64,000 nucleotides of DNA from Acidobacteriota bacterium (GTDB lineage: Bacteria; Acidobacteriota; Thermoanaerobaculia; Multivoradales; J023): positions 48,451-112,450 of the forward strand of contig JBCCVZ010000022.1 in assembly GCA_039194425.1 (NCBI GenBank). The letters are read 5' to 3'. Every line of letters starts with the position of its first letter. Position 1 is the first letter of the stretch. The translations under genes and the position numbers were made by a program. Positions 50,827-61,049 of this stretch are shown here, in pieces. A model generated the notes under the pieces. It was not told the DNA's origin. It saw nothing but the letters and a program-made list of their open reading frames with translations, and did not search any database.

Positions 50827-51162
50827 ATGCGAGGCAAGAAGAACGACATTCTGCAGGGCACGCTGACCCTCTTGGTTCTCCGAACGCTCGAGCACCACGG
50901 ACCGAGCCACGGCTACGGCCTGTGCGGCGCCATCCAGTCGAGCTCACACGACCTCTTGCGGGTCGAGGAAGGCTCTCTCTATCCGGCACTTCACCGGATG
51001 AGACAACGCGGCTGGCTGCGCGCCAGCTGGGGGATGAGTGAGAAAGGGCGCCGCGCGAAGTTCTACGAGATCACCGAGCTCGGCCGGCGCCAGCTGGCCG
51101 AGGAACAAGACAGCTGGGAACGTCTGACGCGCGGCGTCGCACTGGTCCTCGGACCGTCCTGA
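50827..51162 (+). CDS. PadR-family transcriptional regulator
   Basis: MRGKKNDILQGTLTLLVLRTLEHHGPSHGYGLCGAIQ...EEGSLYPALHRMRQRGWL is the canonical PadR wHTH (the LYPALHRLE motif). Confidence 0.8.
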   Translation: MRGKKNDILQGTLTLLVLRTLEHHGPSHGYGLCGAIQSSSHDLLRVEEGSLYPALHRMRQRGWLRASWGMSEKGRRAKFYEITELGRRQLAEEQDSWERLTRGVALVLGPS

Positions 51163-51192
51163 CCTTCGCGATCGAGACCAAGGAAGATCGTC

Positions 51193-53895
51193 ATGAGTAT
51201 TCTCTCCCGAATCGTCGGCGTCTTTCGCGCCGAGAAAGACTATGCCGAGCTCGACGAAGAACTGCGCTTCCATCTCGACGAGCGCACCGAGGAGCTCATC
51301 GAGAGCGGCCTGTCGCCCCGGCAGGCACGGCGTGAGGCATTGCGCCGCTTCGGCCACTACACGGCACAACGGGAGGCGGTGCGTGATGTCGACGTCTTCC
51401 GTCGGCTCGAGATGCTGGTCGGCGACGTGCGCTATGGCGTCCGGCAGCTGCGGCTGAATCCGGGGTTCGCCATCGTTGCGATTCTCTCTCTCGGCCTCGG
51501 CATCGGGGCCAACTCGGCAATCTTCCAGCTGATCCACTCGCTGCAGCTTAGGCCGTTGCCGGTGGACGATCCTCATCGCCTGGTCAGCCTGGCGGAAGGA
51601 CCCGAGTTCTTCTCGGCCGGGCGCTACTCGGGGCGCACCACGCCCTTCACCTATCCTCAGATCGAGGCCCTGGAAGACTCGCAGCGGTCCTTCTCCGCTC
51701 TGTTCGCCTTCGGGACGACCCGATTCGACCTGAGCCGCGGTGGCGAGAGCCGCATGGCCTCGGGGCTCTTCGTCACGCCCAACTTCTTCAAGGCACTTGG
51801 CGTCGAGCCGCTGCTCGGCGGCGGCATCGACCCGTCCGCCGATCCGCGGGATTGCTCGGACGCCGGCGCGGTGCTCGACTACCACTTCTGGCAGCGCGAG
51901 CTCGGCGGTGACCGCGGCGCGATCGGTCGCGAGATCAGCCTCGACGGTCTCATCCTGCCGATCGTCGGCGTCACGCCTCCCGCCTTCTTCGGCCTCGAAT
52001 CGGCGCGGCGCTACGACGTCGCGGTGCCGCTGTGCGTCGATACCCTGCTCGCCGACGGCGGGACCGGGCGCATGGACGACCGCGCGGCCTGGTGGCTGAC
52101 GGTGATCGGGCGTCTCAAGGCCGGCTTCTCCGCCGAGCAGGCGGCGGCCGAGCTGCGTACGCTCTCGCCGGCCGTCTTCCGTGAGACCGTCCCGGAAAGC
52201 TATCGGCCGGCGGACGCCGAGGAGTACCTGGAGAACATCTTCGACCTCGAGCCGGCGAGCGCCGGGGTGTCCTCGGTGCGCGAGCACTACGGCAATCCGC
52301 TGTGGATCCTGATGGCGAGCACGGCGTTGGTCTTGCTTCTCGCCTGCGCCAACCTGGCGAACCTGCTGCTGGCGCGGGCGAGCACTCGCGAACGGGAGAT
52401 CTCTCTACGCCAGGCGATCGGCGCGTCGAGATCTCGCCTGATCAGCCAGCTGATGGTCGAGAACTTGCTGCTCGCGGCGCTCGGGGCGGTGCTCGGAGCC
52501 GTGGTCGCTCAAGGTCTCAGCCAGGCTCTGGTGCTGATGCTCGATTCCGGCTCGGACCAACTGCAGATCCGGCTCGGTGTGCACTGGCACGTGCTGGGAT
52601 TCACCGCGGGCGTGGCTGCGCTCACCTGTCTCCTCTTCGGCTGGCTACCGGCGCTGCGCGCGACGCGGCGCGCCCCCGCGGACGCCATGCGCGGTGGCCG
52701 TGGCACCGAGGGACAAGACGGGCGTCAGAGCCTCCGCGGAGCCCTGGTGGTCGTGCAGATCGCGTTGTCGTTGGTACTCCTGGTGGGTGCACTGCTCTTC
52801 GGCCAGAGTCTTCGCAATCTGACCGAGTCGGACACCGGAATCCGCAGCGAGGGGGTGCTCTACGCATGGGTGCAGGCGGGCTCGCTCCCGAGCGAGCAGC
52901 GCCTGGCGGCGTACCGCCAGCTGGAGGAGCGCTTCGGGTCGGTGCCCGGCGTGGTGGCGGCGAGCTCGGTGGTGTTCAGCCCGTTCAGCGGTTCAGGGTG
53001 GAATCAACAAGCCTACGCAGCCGCGCAGAGCGCCGAGGACACCGTGTTGGCGTGGTTCAACCGCGTCGGACCGGACTACTTCTCGACCCTCGGGACCACT
53101 CTGGTCTCCGGCCGTGAGTTCGCTCCGGCCGACGGGGACACGTCTGCGCCGGTCGCGATCGTCAACCAGTCGCTCGCTCGGCAGCTCTTCGGCGACGAGG
53201 ACGTTCTCGGTCGCCAACTGCGCTACCGTGCGGCTGCCGGCCAAGAAGACCCGAGCTTCGAGATCGTCGGCGTGGTCGCCGACAGCAAGTACTATTCGCT
53301 ACGAGACGAAGAGCGGCCCTTCGCCTATCTCCCGGTGGCGCAGGACAGCGCCTCTCCGGGCGCCATGACGTTCGCCCTGCGCGTCCAGGGCCCGATCAAC
53401 GCCATTCGGCAGGGCGTGCAGGAGCAGATGAAGCTGGTCGACGGCGGCCTCCTGGTCGAGTACCAGTGGCTCGACGAGCTGATCGACGACACGCTGCGTC
53501 GCGAGCGCATGATGGCGCTCCTCTCGGCGGGCTTCGGCGTGCTCGCGGCCCTGCTGTCCGCGCTCGGGCTCTACGGCGTCATGTCGTACCTGGTCACCCG
53601 CCGGCGTCGAGAGATGGGTGTGCGCATGGCGCTCGGCGCCAGCGTCGCGCACCTGCTCTCCCTGGTGACCCGCGAGGCCGGACGCATGGTCGCGCTCGGC
53701 CTCGCCTGCGGCGTGGCGGGGGCGCTCGCCCTGTCCCGATTCGCCGAATCGCTGCTCTTCGGCCTGTCGCCCTACGACGGGACGACCCTGGTCGCCGGCA
53801 GTCTGCTGCTCGTCGCGACCGCCGGGCTGGCCATCTTGGTGCCGATGCGCCGAGCCGCCCGCTGCGATCCGTCGGTCGTGCTCCGCGACGATTGA
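51193..53895 (+). CDS. ADOP-family duplicated ABC-type permease (FtsX/MacB-like, two permease modules in one chain)
   Basis: N-terminal MSILSRIVGVFRAEKDYAELDEELRFHLDERTEEL (conserved ADOP N-terminus). Two FtsX-like 4-TM modules, each preceded by a large periplasmic domain. It sits directly downstream of a PadR gene, the usual arrangement. Confidence 0.85.
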   Translation: MSILSRIVGVFRAEKDYAELDEELRFHLDERTEELIESGLSPRQARREALRRFGHYTAQREAVRDVDVFRRLEMLVGDVRYGVRQLRLNPGFAIVAILSLGLGIGANSAIFQLIHSLQLRPLPVDDPHRLVSLAEGPEFFSAGRYSGRTTPFTYPQIEALEDSQRSFSALFAFGTTRFDLSRGGESRMASGLFVTPNFFKALGVEPLLGGGIDPSADPRDCSDAGAVLDYHFWQRELGGDRGAIGREISLDGLILPIVGVTPPAFFGLESARRYDVAVPLCVDTLLADGGTGRMDDRAAWWLTVIGRLKAGFSAEQAAAELRTLSPAVFRETVPESYRPADAEEYLENIFDLEPASAGVSSVREHYGNPLWILMASTALVLLLACANLANLLLARASTREREISLRQAIGASRSRLISQLMVENLLLAALGAVLGAVVAQGLSQALVLMLDSGSDQLQIRLGVHWHVLGFTAGVAALTCLLFGWLPALRATRRAPADAMRGGRGTEGQDGRQSLRGALVVVQIALSLVLLVGALLFGQSLRNLTESDTGIRSEGVLYAWVQAGSLPSEQRLAAYRQLEERFGSVPGVVAASSVVFSPFSGSGWNQQAYAAAQSAEDTVLAWFNRVGPDYFSTLGTTLVSGREFAPADGDTSAPVAIVNQSLARQLFGDEDVLGRQLRYRAAAGQEDPSFEIVGVVADSKYYSLRDEERPFAYLPVAQDSASPGAMTFALRVQGPINAIRQGVQEQMKLVDGGLLVEYQWLDELIDDTLRRERMMALLSAGFGVLAALLSALGLYGVMSYLVTRRRREMGVRMALGASVAHLLSLVTREAGRMVALGLACGVAGALALSRFAESLLFGLSPYDGTTLVAGSLLLVATAGLAILVPMRRAARCDPSVVLRDD

Positions 53896-54025
53896 CAGGA
53901 CCAACGGTCCGCTGGCGGAGACCCTGGAAGTTTCTCCGTCGGCGTGCCATCAAACGAGCGTCTCGTTCGTCTTCTCTACACCGGCCGACAAGTCTGTCGC
54001 GCCGACCTCTTCAAGACTCCAGGAG

Positions 54026-54445
54026 ATGACGACGATGCATAAGACCGCGAAGCTTCTCGCCACGACTCTGCTTCTCACGCTGCTGATGCCTGTCGCCGCC
54101 GCCGGTGCCGCGCCGGCCGAGCCCGAAATCATGGCGGTCAAGTTCCATGCCGACTGGTGCGGCAGCTGCAAGCGGATGGGGCCCGTCTTCGAGGACCTGC
54201 GCAACAAGTACGACGGTAAGCCGGTGCTCTTCGTCGAGCTCGACCTGACCAACGGGACGACGCGGACCCAGGCGGAGTTCTTGGCCTCGGCTCTCGGCTT
54301 CGGCGACGTCTACGCCCAGAACCAGGGCACCGGCTTCATCCTCCTGCTCGACGGCGACTCGCGCAAGCAGCTGGCCAAGCTCACATCCGACCAGGACATC
54401 AAGGCCATGGGGAAGCAGATCGTCGAGCAGCTCGAGAGCCGTTGA
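54026..54445 (+). CDS. Secreted thioredoxin-family protein
   Basis: Signal peptide MTTMHKTAKLLATTLLLTLLMPVAAAGA. CxxC active site in FHADWCGSCKRMGP. Confidence 0.7.
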   Translation: MTTMHKTAKLLATTLLLTLLMPVAAAGAAPAEPEIMAVKFHADWCGSCKRMGPVFEDLRNKYDGKPVLFVELDLTNGTTRTQAEFLASALGFGDVYAQNQGTGFILLLDGDSRKQLAKLTSDQDIKAMGKQIVEQLESR

Positions 54446-54469
54446 GGGTCTGCGTCCGTAGATCTCGAT

Positions 54470-54958
54470 GTGCACGACGACTCGGACATGACCGATCTCG
54501 AGCTCCTGCAGGCGGGCTATCGCTACGCGCTCTCTCTGACCGCCGACGTCGCGGAGGCAGAGGACTTGGCCCAGCAGGGTTGGCTGCGCCTGCACAGGCG
54601 CTACGGCGGTCGAAAGAAGACGAGCCTCCTGTTCACCACGGTGCGCCGGCTCTTCATCGACCGCTTTCGGCGCGGCCGGCGCGTCGAGCTCGTGGCCCTC
54701 GAGGACCTCGAGACCGAACCGGAGGACCTCGCCATGCCGAGTCTCGAGCACGTCGACCTCGAACGACTTCTCGCCGGGCTGCGCGCAAAGGAGCGTGAGG
54801 CCCTCTTCCTCCACGCGGTCGAGGGCTATACCGCCGCGGAAATCGCGGAGCTCACGGACCGAAGCCGCGGCACGGTGCTCAGCCTGATCCACCGCGCGCG
54901 TCGCAAGCTCGTAGCCGAGGCGCGGCAGCTCGGCGAACGCCAGGAGGCGGGACGATGA
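54470..54958 (+). CDS. ECF-type RNA polymerase sigma-70 factor
   Basis: Sigma-2 region (LAQQGWLRLHRRYGGRKKTSLLFTTVRRLFIDRFRR) and sigma-4 region (ALFLHAVEGYTAAEIAELTDRSRGTVLSLIHRARRKL). Confidence 0.75.
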   Translation: MHDDSDMTDLELLQAGYRYALSLTADVAEAEDLAQQGWLRLHRRYGGRKKTSLLFTTVRRLFIDRFRRGRRVELVALEDLETEPEDLAMPSLEHVDLERLLAGLRAKEREALFLHAVEGYTAAEIAELTDRSRGTVLSLIHRARRKLVAEARQLGERQEAGR

Positions 54959-55569
54959 GCACTCGACCGTTCGATCGGAAACAGCCCGGGGGGCCTCACT
55001 CGGGCGGCGTCGACAAGCAGGTGCGGTCGTTCTACCGCCGGGCGACCCTGCCGCCAGAGCGGGCGCAGGCCCTGCTCGACGCGGCGCACCGCCATCGAGT
55101 CGTTCGTCGACGCAGACGGTTGCTCGCCGCAGCGGCGGTACTGGTCGTCGCCGCCGGCATTGCGCTCGTTCGCACCGTGCTCGATGCGCGCGCCCTCGGC
55201 GACCGGGTGGCCGCCGAGGTCGTCCTAGGGCACACCAAAGATCTCGACGTCGAGATCGCCACCTCGAGCTACGCGGATCTTGCCGAGGCCCTCGACAAGC
55301 TCACCTTCCCGCTCCACGAGCCTGCCCGCCTGAGGACCTCCGCCAGCAACTACGAGCTCGTCGGCGGTCGCTACTGCTCGATTCAGGCCCAGCTCGCCGC
55401 GCTGCTCAAGGTTCAGGACGCCCGCGGCCGCACGGCGACGCTCTACGTCACCGGACTGTCGGCCGAGCTCGACTCGTTGCCCGGCACCACGCGGTCGCTC
55501 GAAGGTGTCGAGATCGACGTGTGGAACGAGCACGACCTGCTCTACGCCTTGGTGCGCGACGCGAGCTGA
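54955..55569 (+). CDS. Putative membrane-anchored anti-sigma factor
   Basis: The start overlaps the sigma-factor stop (ATGA). Single TM helix (LLAAAAVLVVAAGIALV) after an approximately 60-aa cytoplasmic N-terminus, with a periplasmic C-terminal domain. Confidence 0.55.
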   Translation: MSTRPFDRKQPGGPHSGGVDKQVRSFYRRATLPPERAQALLDAAHRHRVVRRRRRLLAAAAVLVVAAGIALVRTVLDARALGDRVAAEVVLGHTKDLDVEIATSSYADLAEALDKLTFPLHEPARLRTSASNYELVGGRYCSIQAQLAALLKVQDARGRTATLYVTGLSAELDSLPGTTRSLEGVEIDVWNEHDLLYALVRDAS

Positions 55570-55781
55570 GAGCGCTCCATGCGGGGCCCGACACGGCAAG
55601 TCCGCCATCGTCGCGAGCAGGACCAATCGACTGGGCCAACTCCGTGGACGGCCGACTTGCCGCCCGACGTCGACTAGGCGAGGGAGATGGAGCCCGAGGT
55701 CGATGCATTGTCGTTCGGCAGCGATCCGTTCGTCGGCTTCGGCGGAGGGATCCTGTCTTTGAGCGTTCGCAGCAGGACACA

Positions 55782-56291
55782 CTAGGCCATTCCGCACCGG
55801 CAGAACACCAAGTCACCGGCATCGTAGCTGTACAGCGGATGCGGCAAAGGTGGCTCAGCTCTCACATAGCCACAGCGGAGCAAGAGCCTCTGCGACCGGA
55901 CATTCGCCTCGACGGTGGTGGCCCAGGACTCGGCAACCTGCTCGGAGCGAAGCAACTCCTCGTGAAGCCAGAGAAGGCTCTTGGTCGCCAGCCCTCGGCC
56001 CCACGAAGCTGGACTGAAGAGAAACGCAACCTCGGCAACACCATGATGCACGGTGGCCTCGAGGCGGCCAATCATTCTCCCTGACGTGCTGCGGACCAGG
56101 TAATTGAGCCAACGCTCGTCGGAGTGAACCGACGAGGGTCCTCCGAGTGCGCGCTCCAGGCCCAGCTTGAAATCACTCACTGACGGCAGCGATGCTTCGA
56201 TGTGCTCGTACACTGCAGGATGCAGGAGTACGGTCGCAAGCTCATCGAGGTGGGAAGTCAGAAGTGGCTCGAAGCGCAAGTCAGACCTCAT
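55782..56291 (-). CDS. GNAT-family N-acetyltransferase (RimJ/RimL-like)
   Basis: Start at MRSDLRFEPLLTSHLDEL. The AEVAFLFSPASWGRGLATKSLLWLHEEL region contains the GNAT motif A. Confidence 0.65.
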   Translation of the reverse strand: MRSDLRFEPLLTSHLDELATVLLHPAVYEHIEASLPSVSDFKLGLERALGGPSSVHSDERWLNYLVRSTSGRMIGRLEATVHHGVAEVAFLFSPASWGRGLATKSLLWLHEELLRSEQVAESWATTVEANVRSQRLLLRCGYVRAEPPLPHPLYSYDAGDLVFCRCGMA

Positions 56292-56694
56292 GCGGGAGCC
56301 TCTCGCGGTTTGATGTCCGAGTCTCTGCGGAACTAAGCGCGGTCCTCTTTCTTGACTCCCGACGAAGCACAAATTCGGGCCTTCATACTCTGCCCGCTAG
56401 AGACACTCGCGGTCTTGTACGAGCCCTCGAAACACGTGGACGAAGGGTATCGTCAGCCACTTCGGCCGTCAATTCGCGACGTGAAGGAAGCTCTTCAGCG
56501 GTCCTGCCGAGCCAAGCTTCCAGTCTCCCTCGCCCCGCTTGATCGAGTTGCCGTGCACGAAGCGCTGATCGAGAGCACCGTTCGAGGCCACCACACGACA
56601 GAATGGAAGCGGGGCCCCGCTCGGCTCTCCGGGCACGACCGATTCGCCGACATCGAGTCCGATACGCTCGACCCGACCAACCCGGAGACCCACG

Positions 56695-58209
56695 ATGCCC
56701 CTGAGCCAGTTCACCGAGCTCGACGAGCACGACATCGACCCGCGCTCGGTCCGCCTCCTCGACGAGTCGTTCTGTCGCGACGAGCAGGTCGTCGTGCTCG
56801 GCGCGGTCGACCGAAACGGCGACGAGGTGGTGAGCCTCGGCGCCGTCGAGCCCCGCTCGCGCGCAGTGCGCGAGGCGGCGAGGCGCCTCGGGCGCCGCGT
56901 CGAGGCGGTGCGGCTCAACGCCTACGAGGTGACACGAGCGCTCGACCTCGGCTGGGGTCTACCGGATCCGGCGCAGACACGTCCCCTGCTCCACCTCAGT
57001 CCGGTGGAGCGCATCTCGTTTCGCGACGACACGGACATTCCCTTCCTGGTCGACCAGATCCTCTCGGTCGCCGTGCAGGCGGGCGCCAGCGACGTGCACA
57101 TCGAGACTTATCCGCACGACATCGACGTCCGTGTGCGCATCGACGGCGTCTTGCGACAGTTCGCCACGCCATTGTCGCGCGCCAACATCGATGCTGTGGT
57201 GGCGCGGCTCAAGGTGCTCGCCGACCTCGACATCGCGGAGCGTCGCCGCGACCAGGACGGACGCCTCCACGCCCGCTGGCGCGGAGGTCGCGACGAGCGC
57301 GGCATCGATTTCCGACTCTCGATCGTCCCAGGCCCGTACGGCGAGGACGTCGTGCTGCGCATTCTCGATCGGCATCGCGGCTTGCTCGACCTCGACGAGC
57401 TCGGCTTCTCCGAATGCGACCTCGCGACCTTCGAGCACCTGATCACCAACCCCGAAGGCATGGTCCTGGTCACCGGACCGACCGGCAGCGGCAAGACGAC
57501 GACGCTCTACTCCGCCCTGCAGCGCATCAACACGCCCGAGAACAAGATCCTCACGGTCGAGAACCCGATCGAATACCGCTTCGCCAAGACGAACCAGAAG
57601 CAGGTCTCGATGCAGATGGACTTCGCCGACTACGCGCGCGCCTTCCTGCGCCAGGACCCCGACATCATCCTCATCGGCGAGGTCCGCGACCACGACACCG
57701 CGGACACGGCGTTGAAGGCCGCGCAAACCGGCCATCTCGTGCTCTCGACCCTGCACACCAACGACTCGGTGCGCAGCGTCTCGCGCCTGCAGTCGCTCGG
57801 CGTCGACCCGCAGCTGATCGCCAGCTGCCTACTCGGCGCCCTCGCCCAGCGCCTGCTGCGCCGCATCTGCCCCGATTGCCGCGAAGAAACGACCCCGACC
57901 GCCGCCCAGGCCGAGCGCCTCGGCCTCGCCCCAGATACCGTGGTCTTTCGCGGCGCCGGCTGCGACGCCTGCGACGACCGCGGCAGCAAGGGCCGCATCG
58001 GCATCTACGAGCTCTTCGTGGTCGACGCCGAAAGCGCCGACCTGATCGCCGAGCGCGCCCCGTCGCACACCCTCCGCCGCGCCGCGCTCCAGAGCGGCAT
58101 GCGCACCCTGGTCGACGACGCGGTCGACAAGGCCCGCCAAGGCCTGGTCGCGCTCGACGAGGTCCTGCGCATCGTGCCTTACCGCATGCTCGGAGACTCG
58201 AGGCGCTGA
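56695..58209 (+). CDS. GspE/PilB-family type II secretion / type IV pilus assembly ATPase
   Basis: Walker A GPTGSGKTT. Asp box and His box (LIGEVRDHDTADTALKAAQTGHLVLSTLHTN). Tetracysteine motif CPDC...CDAC. N-terminal GspE_N-like domain. Confidence 0.85.
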   Translation: MPLSQFTELDEHDIDPRSVRLLDESFCRDEQVVVLGAVDRNGDEVVSLGAVEPRSRAVREAARRLGRRVEAVRLNAYEVTRALDLGWGLPDPAQTRPLLHLSPVERISFRDDTDIPFLVDQILSVAVQAGASDVHIETYPHDIDVRVRIDGVLRQFATPLSRANIDAVVARLKVLADLDIAERRRDQDGRLHARWRGGRDERGIDFRLSIVPGPYGEDVVLRILDRHRGLLDLDELGFSECDLATFEHLITNPEGMVLVTGPTGSGKTTTLYSALQRINTPENKILTVENPIEYRFAKTNQKQVSMQMDFADYARAFLRQDPDIILIGEVRDHDTADTALKAAQTGHLVLSTLHTNDSVRSVSRLQSLGVDPQLIASCLLGALAQRLLRRICPDCREETTPTAAQAERLGLAPDTVVFRGAGCDACDDRGSKGRIGIYELFVVDAESADLIAERAPSHTLRRAALQSGMRTLVDDAVDKARQGLVALDEVLRIVPYRMLGDSRR

Positions 58210-58592
58210 CGCCGAGTCCTCAGGAGTGCCCATCGGTCGCACCGACCCCAATGGATGCAGCGAGCGAGATGCTGCTGAGATGCGAGATCGGATGGGTCGA
58301 GACAGGTGCAGGCTCGCGGGCAAGTCCGGCGATGTGCCCTTCGGCCGGCGAGACGCCGGCGCTACTGTCACTCCAATGAACGTGCCTGACGCTGAAGAAC
58401 AAGCCCTTCAAGCAATCGCAGGGCACAGGCGGCTCGACGGAGACGAGCACCACTATCCCAATCAGTAGCGCCGGCATCTTGCCGGCTCTGGGCGCAGTGC
58501 ACTCGCTCCAGAGCCACCTGAGACCGGTGGCCCCTGCCACTCCTGCCGGCCGACGTCTCGAACAGACACGGACGACAGGGCGTAGGCGTGGG

Positions 58593-59591
58593 ATGATTCA
58601 CCGACACAAGAAGCCGGCCATGATCTCTTCCCACCTGCCATCGAAGCCGACGGTTCGTGCCTTCGGCCTCTTGAGCGTGGCGCTCGCTCTTCTCGGCCTG
58701 GGTGACGTTCGAGCCGCCGATGCGCCCCGGCCCGAGGCCGGCGCGGCGATCGAATCGGCCGACCATCAGGTCCTGATCGACTGGGCCGAGGCTGTCGGTC
58801 GCGTCGAGTCGCTGCATTTTCGCGCCACCAGTCGGATCCAGGGTCGACCGAATGGTTTCGAGGGATCGGGTGTCGCGGTGCTCGAGCTCTGGGAGCACGA
58901 AGACAAGTATCGGTTGACGAGTACTGTCGACGACGACCTGGTCGAGATCGGGGTCTTCGGTTCGACCGATCTGTCCTGGGACGGCGAGATCGCCTTGATG
59001 AAGACTCCGATCGGAGACGAGATCGCGCTGCGCGAAGCGCCGCACGAGGTGCTTCTCGCCAGCGCTCCCAATCCTCTCCAGCTCGCGTTCGGTTACCTCT
59101 GGGCAGCGACCGCGGGTCCGGCCGATCGCCTGACCCTGGTCCGCGATCTCGCGGCCTCGGCGGGCAGTGCACCGACGGTTCGAGTCGTCGCAGCGCACGC
59201 CGTCGAGACCGAGCCGCAGCCCATGCCAAGGGACGAGCGCGCCGTCGCCGTGCTCGCCGACGTGCAGGTCGACGGCTCGACGCATCGCCTGCCGGTGTGG
59301 CTGCGCATGGTCGAAGGACAGGGGGTCACGACCGTGCGCATCGAGGAGTACCTCGAGCGGGACGGAGTCCTCTTTCCATCGCGGTTGAGCTGGAACGCGG
59401 CGGACTCGCCCGACAGCCACGCCACGCTCCGCGGCTCGATGTCGATCGAACACTTCGAGGTGAACCGACCGATCGATCCGTCGGTGTTTCGCCTCGAGGT
59501 CCCGGTCGGCATAGCGCTCTACCACGCCGACCAAGAGCGACTCCTCGACGAGGAGTCGGCCGCTCGCCTACTCGGCGCCACCGACCACTAG
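58593..59591 (+). CDS. Hypothetical secreted protein
   Basis: Signal peptide (MISSHLPSKPTVRAFGLLSVALALLGLGDVRA). Non-repetitive globular composition. No family recognised. Confidence 0.5.
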   Translation: MIHRHKKPAMISSHLPSKPTVRAFGLLSVALALLGLGDVRAADAPRPEAGAAIESADHQVLIDWAEAVGRVESLHFRATSRIQGRPNGFEGSGVAVLELWEHEDKYRLTSTVDDDLVEIGVFGSTDLSWDGEIALMKTPIGDEIALREAPHEVLLASAPNPLQLAFGYLWAATAGPADRLTLVRDLAASAGSAPTVRVVAAHAVETEPQPMPRDERAVAVLADVQVDGSTHRLPVWLRMVEGQGVTTVRIEEYLERDGVLFPSRLSWNAADSPDSHATLRGSMSIEHFEVNRPIDPSVFRLEVPVGIALYHADQERLLDEESAARLLGATDH

Positions 59592-59609
59592 TGCGCCGCC
59601 GCGGCCGGA

Positions 59610-60962
59610 TCAGGTGCCGGCTGCGATCTGTTCTCCGGCGAGCTCGCGCACTCCGGCTTCGATGCGGCGCATCATCTCGGGCAGCATCTCGGCCGCCACC
59701 GAGCAGGTGGCGAGGCGCAGGTAGTTGGGCTGGGCGCCGACGATGCCGACGTCGTGGCGGGCGATCAGGTATCGGCGGACGTCGTGAGGGTCGAGGCCGA
59801 GCTCTTCGGGAAGCTCCATGAGCACGAAGAAGCCCGCGTTGAACGGCAGCGGGCGCAGCAGCGCGCGGTCGACCGTCTCGAGCACCGGCATGACCGCGTC
59901 GTAGCGCGCGCGAGCGACGCGGCGCACGTCGTTCACCTCGGCCTCGGCGTCGCCGCGCAGGCTTTGGAGGAGCACCACCTGACTGCTGGCGACCGGCGAT
60001 CCGACCGTGGAGCGGATCATGCTCGCGAACTTGTTGTCGAGCGCCGACTGCGCGCGTTCGCTGAGCTCGAGGCCGAAGGTGACGAAGCCGACGCGCCCGC
60101 CGAAGAACGAGAATTCCTTCGTCGCGCCGTCGAGCTTCACCGCCAGTAGGTTCTCGTGGCGGCCGGCGAGGTCCCAGAACAGTGAGCGGCTCGGCGCGTC
60201 GTCGGCGTAGACCAGGCCGCTGTAGGCGTCGTCGCTGAGGACCAGCAGCGGGCGCTGGTCGGCGATGCGCAGCAAGCCGTCGACCAGGCGTCGGCGCTCG
60301 TCGGCGGTCGGCATGTAGCCGCCCGGATTCGACGGGAAGTTCACCAATGCCATCGTCGGCTCGTCGGACCCGCCCGACTCACCGGACTCGTCAGAGAGCG
60401 TCGCGAGCAGCTCGGGCAACGCCTCGGGACGCCAGACGCCGTCGGCGTAGGCGGGCGCGGTGTGCACCGCGGTGCCGGTCCGCATCGTGTAGATCTGGCG
60501 GTAGTTGCCCCAGTAGGGCGACACCACCGACAGCCCGCGTCCTGGCTGGCCGAAGAGATCGGCGATCAGCGACAGGCCGTGCGACAAGCCGCAGGTGACG
60601 ACCGGCAGACTGGTCGGCGCGGCGGCGTCGATCTCCTCGCCGCACAGCTGCCCGCCGCGCTGCCAGGAGGCCCAGGCGCGGCGCAGCTCGGGCAGGCCGA
60701 CCACCGGCGAGTAGAGAAAAGCGCGAGAGAGGTCCTGCGCATCGAGCTCGAAGGCTCGGCTCATCGACGGCAGCGGCACGGCGCCGCCGGCTCCGTCGGT
60801 GAAGACACCGATCGTGCCGTTGTACGTGGTGCCACGGGCCTCCTGCGCCTGGAACGGAATGTCGGGCGGAAAGAAGGCGTCGCGACCGAGGCGCGACAGG
60901 AAGCGGGCCAAGAGTGGCGCTTCGGCGTCGAGAATCGCATTCACTTCGGCAACGGTCTGCAT
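59610..60962 (-). CDS. PLP-dependent aminotransferase, class I/II (aspartate aminotransferase superfamily)
   Basis: NFPSNPGGYMP (the substrate/PLP region typical of class I aminotransferases, NPxGxxxx). The downstream SFFGGRVG is a degenerate stand-in for the usual SKxxxxxGxRxG lysine motif, with no Lys at the Schiff-base position. Confidence 0.8.
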   Translation of the reverse strand: MQTVAEVNAILDAEAPLLARFLSRLGRDAFFPPDIPFQAQEARGTTYNGTIGVFTDGAGGAVPLPSMSRAFELDAQDLSRAFLYSPVVGLPELRRAWASWQRGGQLCGEEIDAAAPTSLPVVTCGLSHGLSLIADLFGQPGRGLSVVSPYWGNYRQIYTMRTGTAVHTAPAYADGVWRPEALPELLATLSDESGESGGSDEPTMALVNFPSNPGGYMPTADERRRLVDGLLRIADQRPLLVLSDDAYSGLVYADDAPSRSLFWDLAGRHENLLAVKLDGATKEFSFFGGRVGFVTFGLELSERAQSALDNKFASMIRSTVGSPVASSQVVLLQSLRGDAEAEVNDVRRVARARYDAVMPVLETVDRALLRPLPFNAGFFVLMELPEELGLDPHDVRRYLIARHDVGIVGAQPNYLRLATCSVAAEMLPEMMRRIEAGVRELAGEQIAAGT

Positions 60963-61049
60963 CGGAGTCTCCAGGAGGGCGGACGTCTGCGAACCTCGGG
61001 TCGGGATCGGGATTTGAAAGCCAGCAGTCGGACCAGCTCAGAGCCTGTC

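Noticed and set aside
56352-58379. Plus 675-aa ORF overlapping gspE in another frame
   Set aside because: Arg/Pro-rich frame-shifted shadow of the GspE gene.
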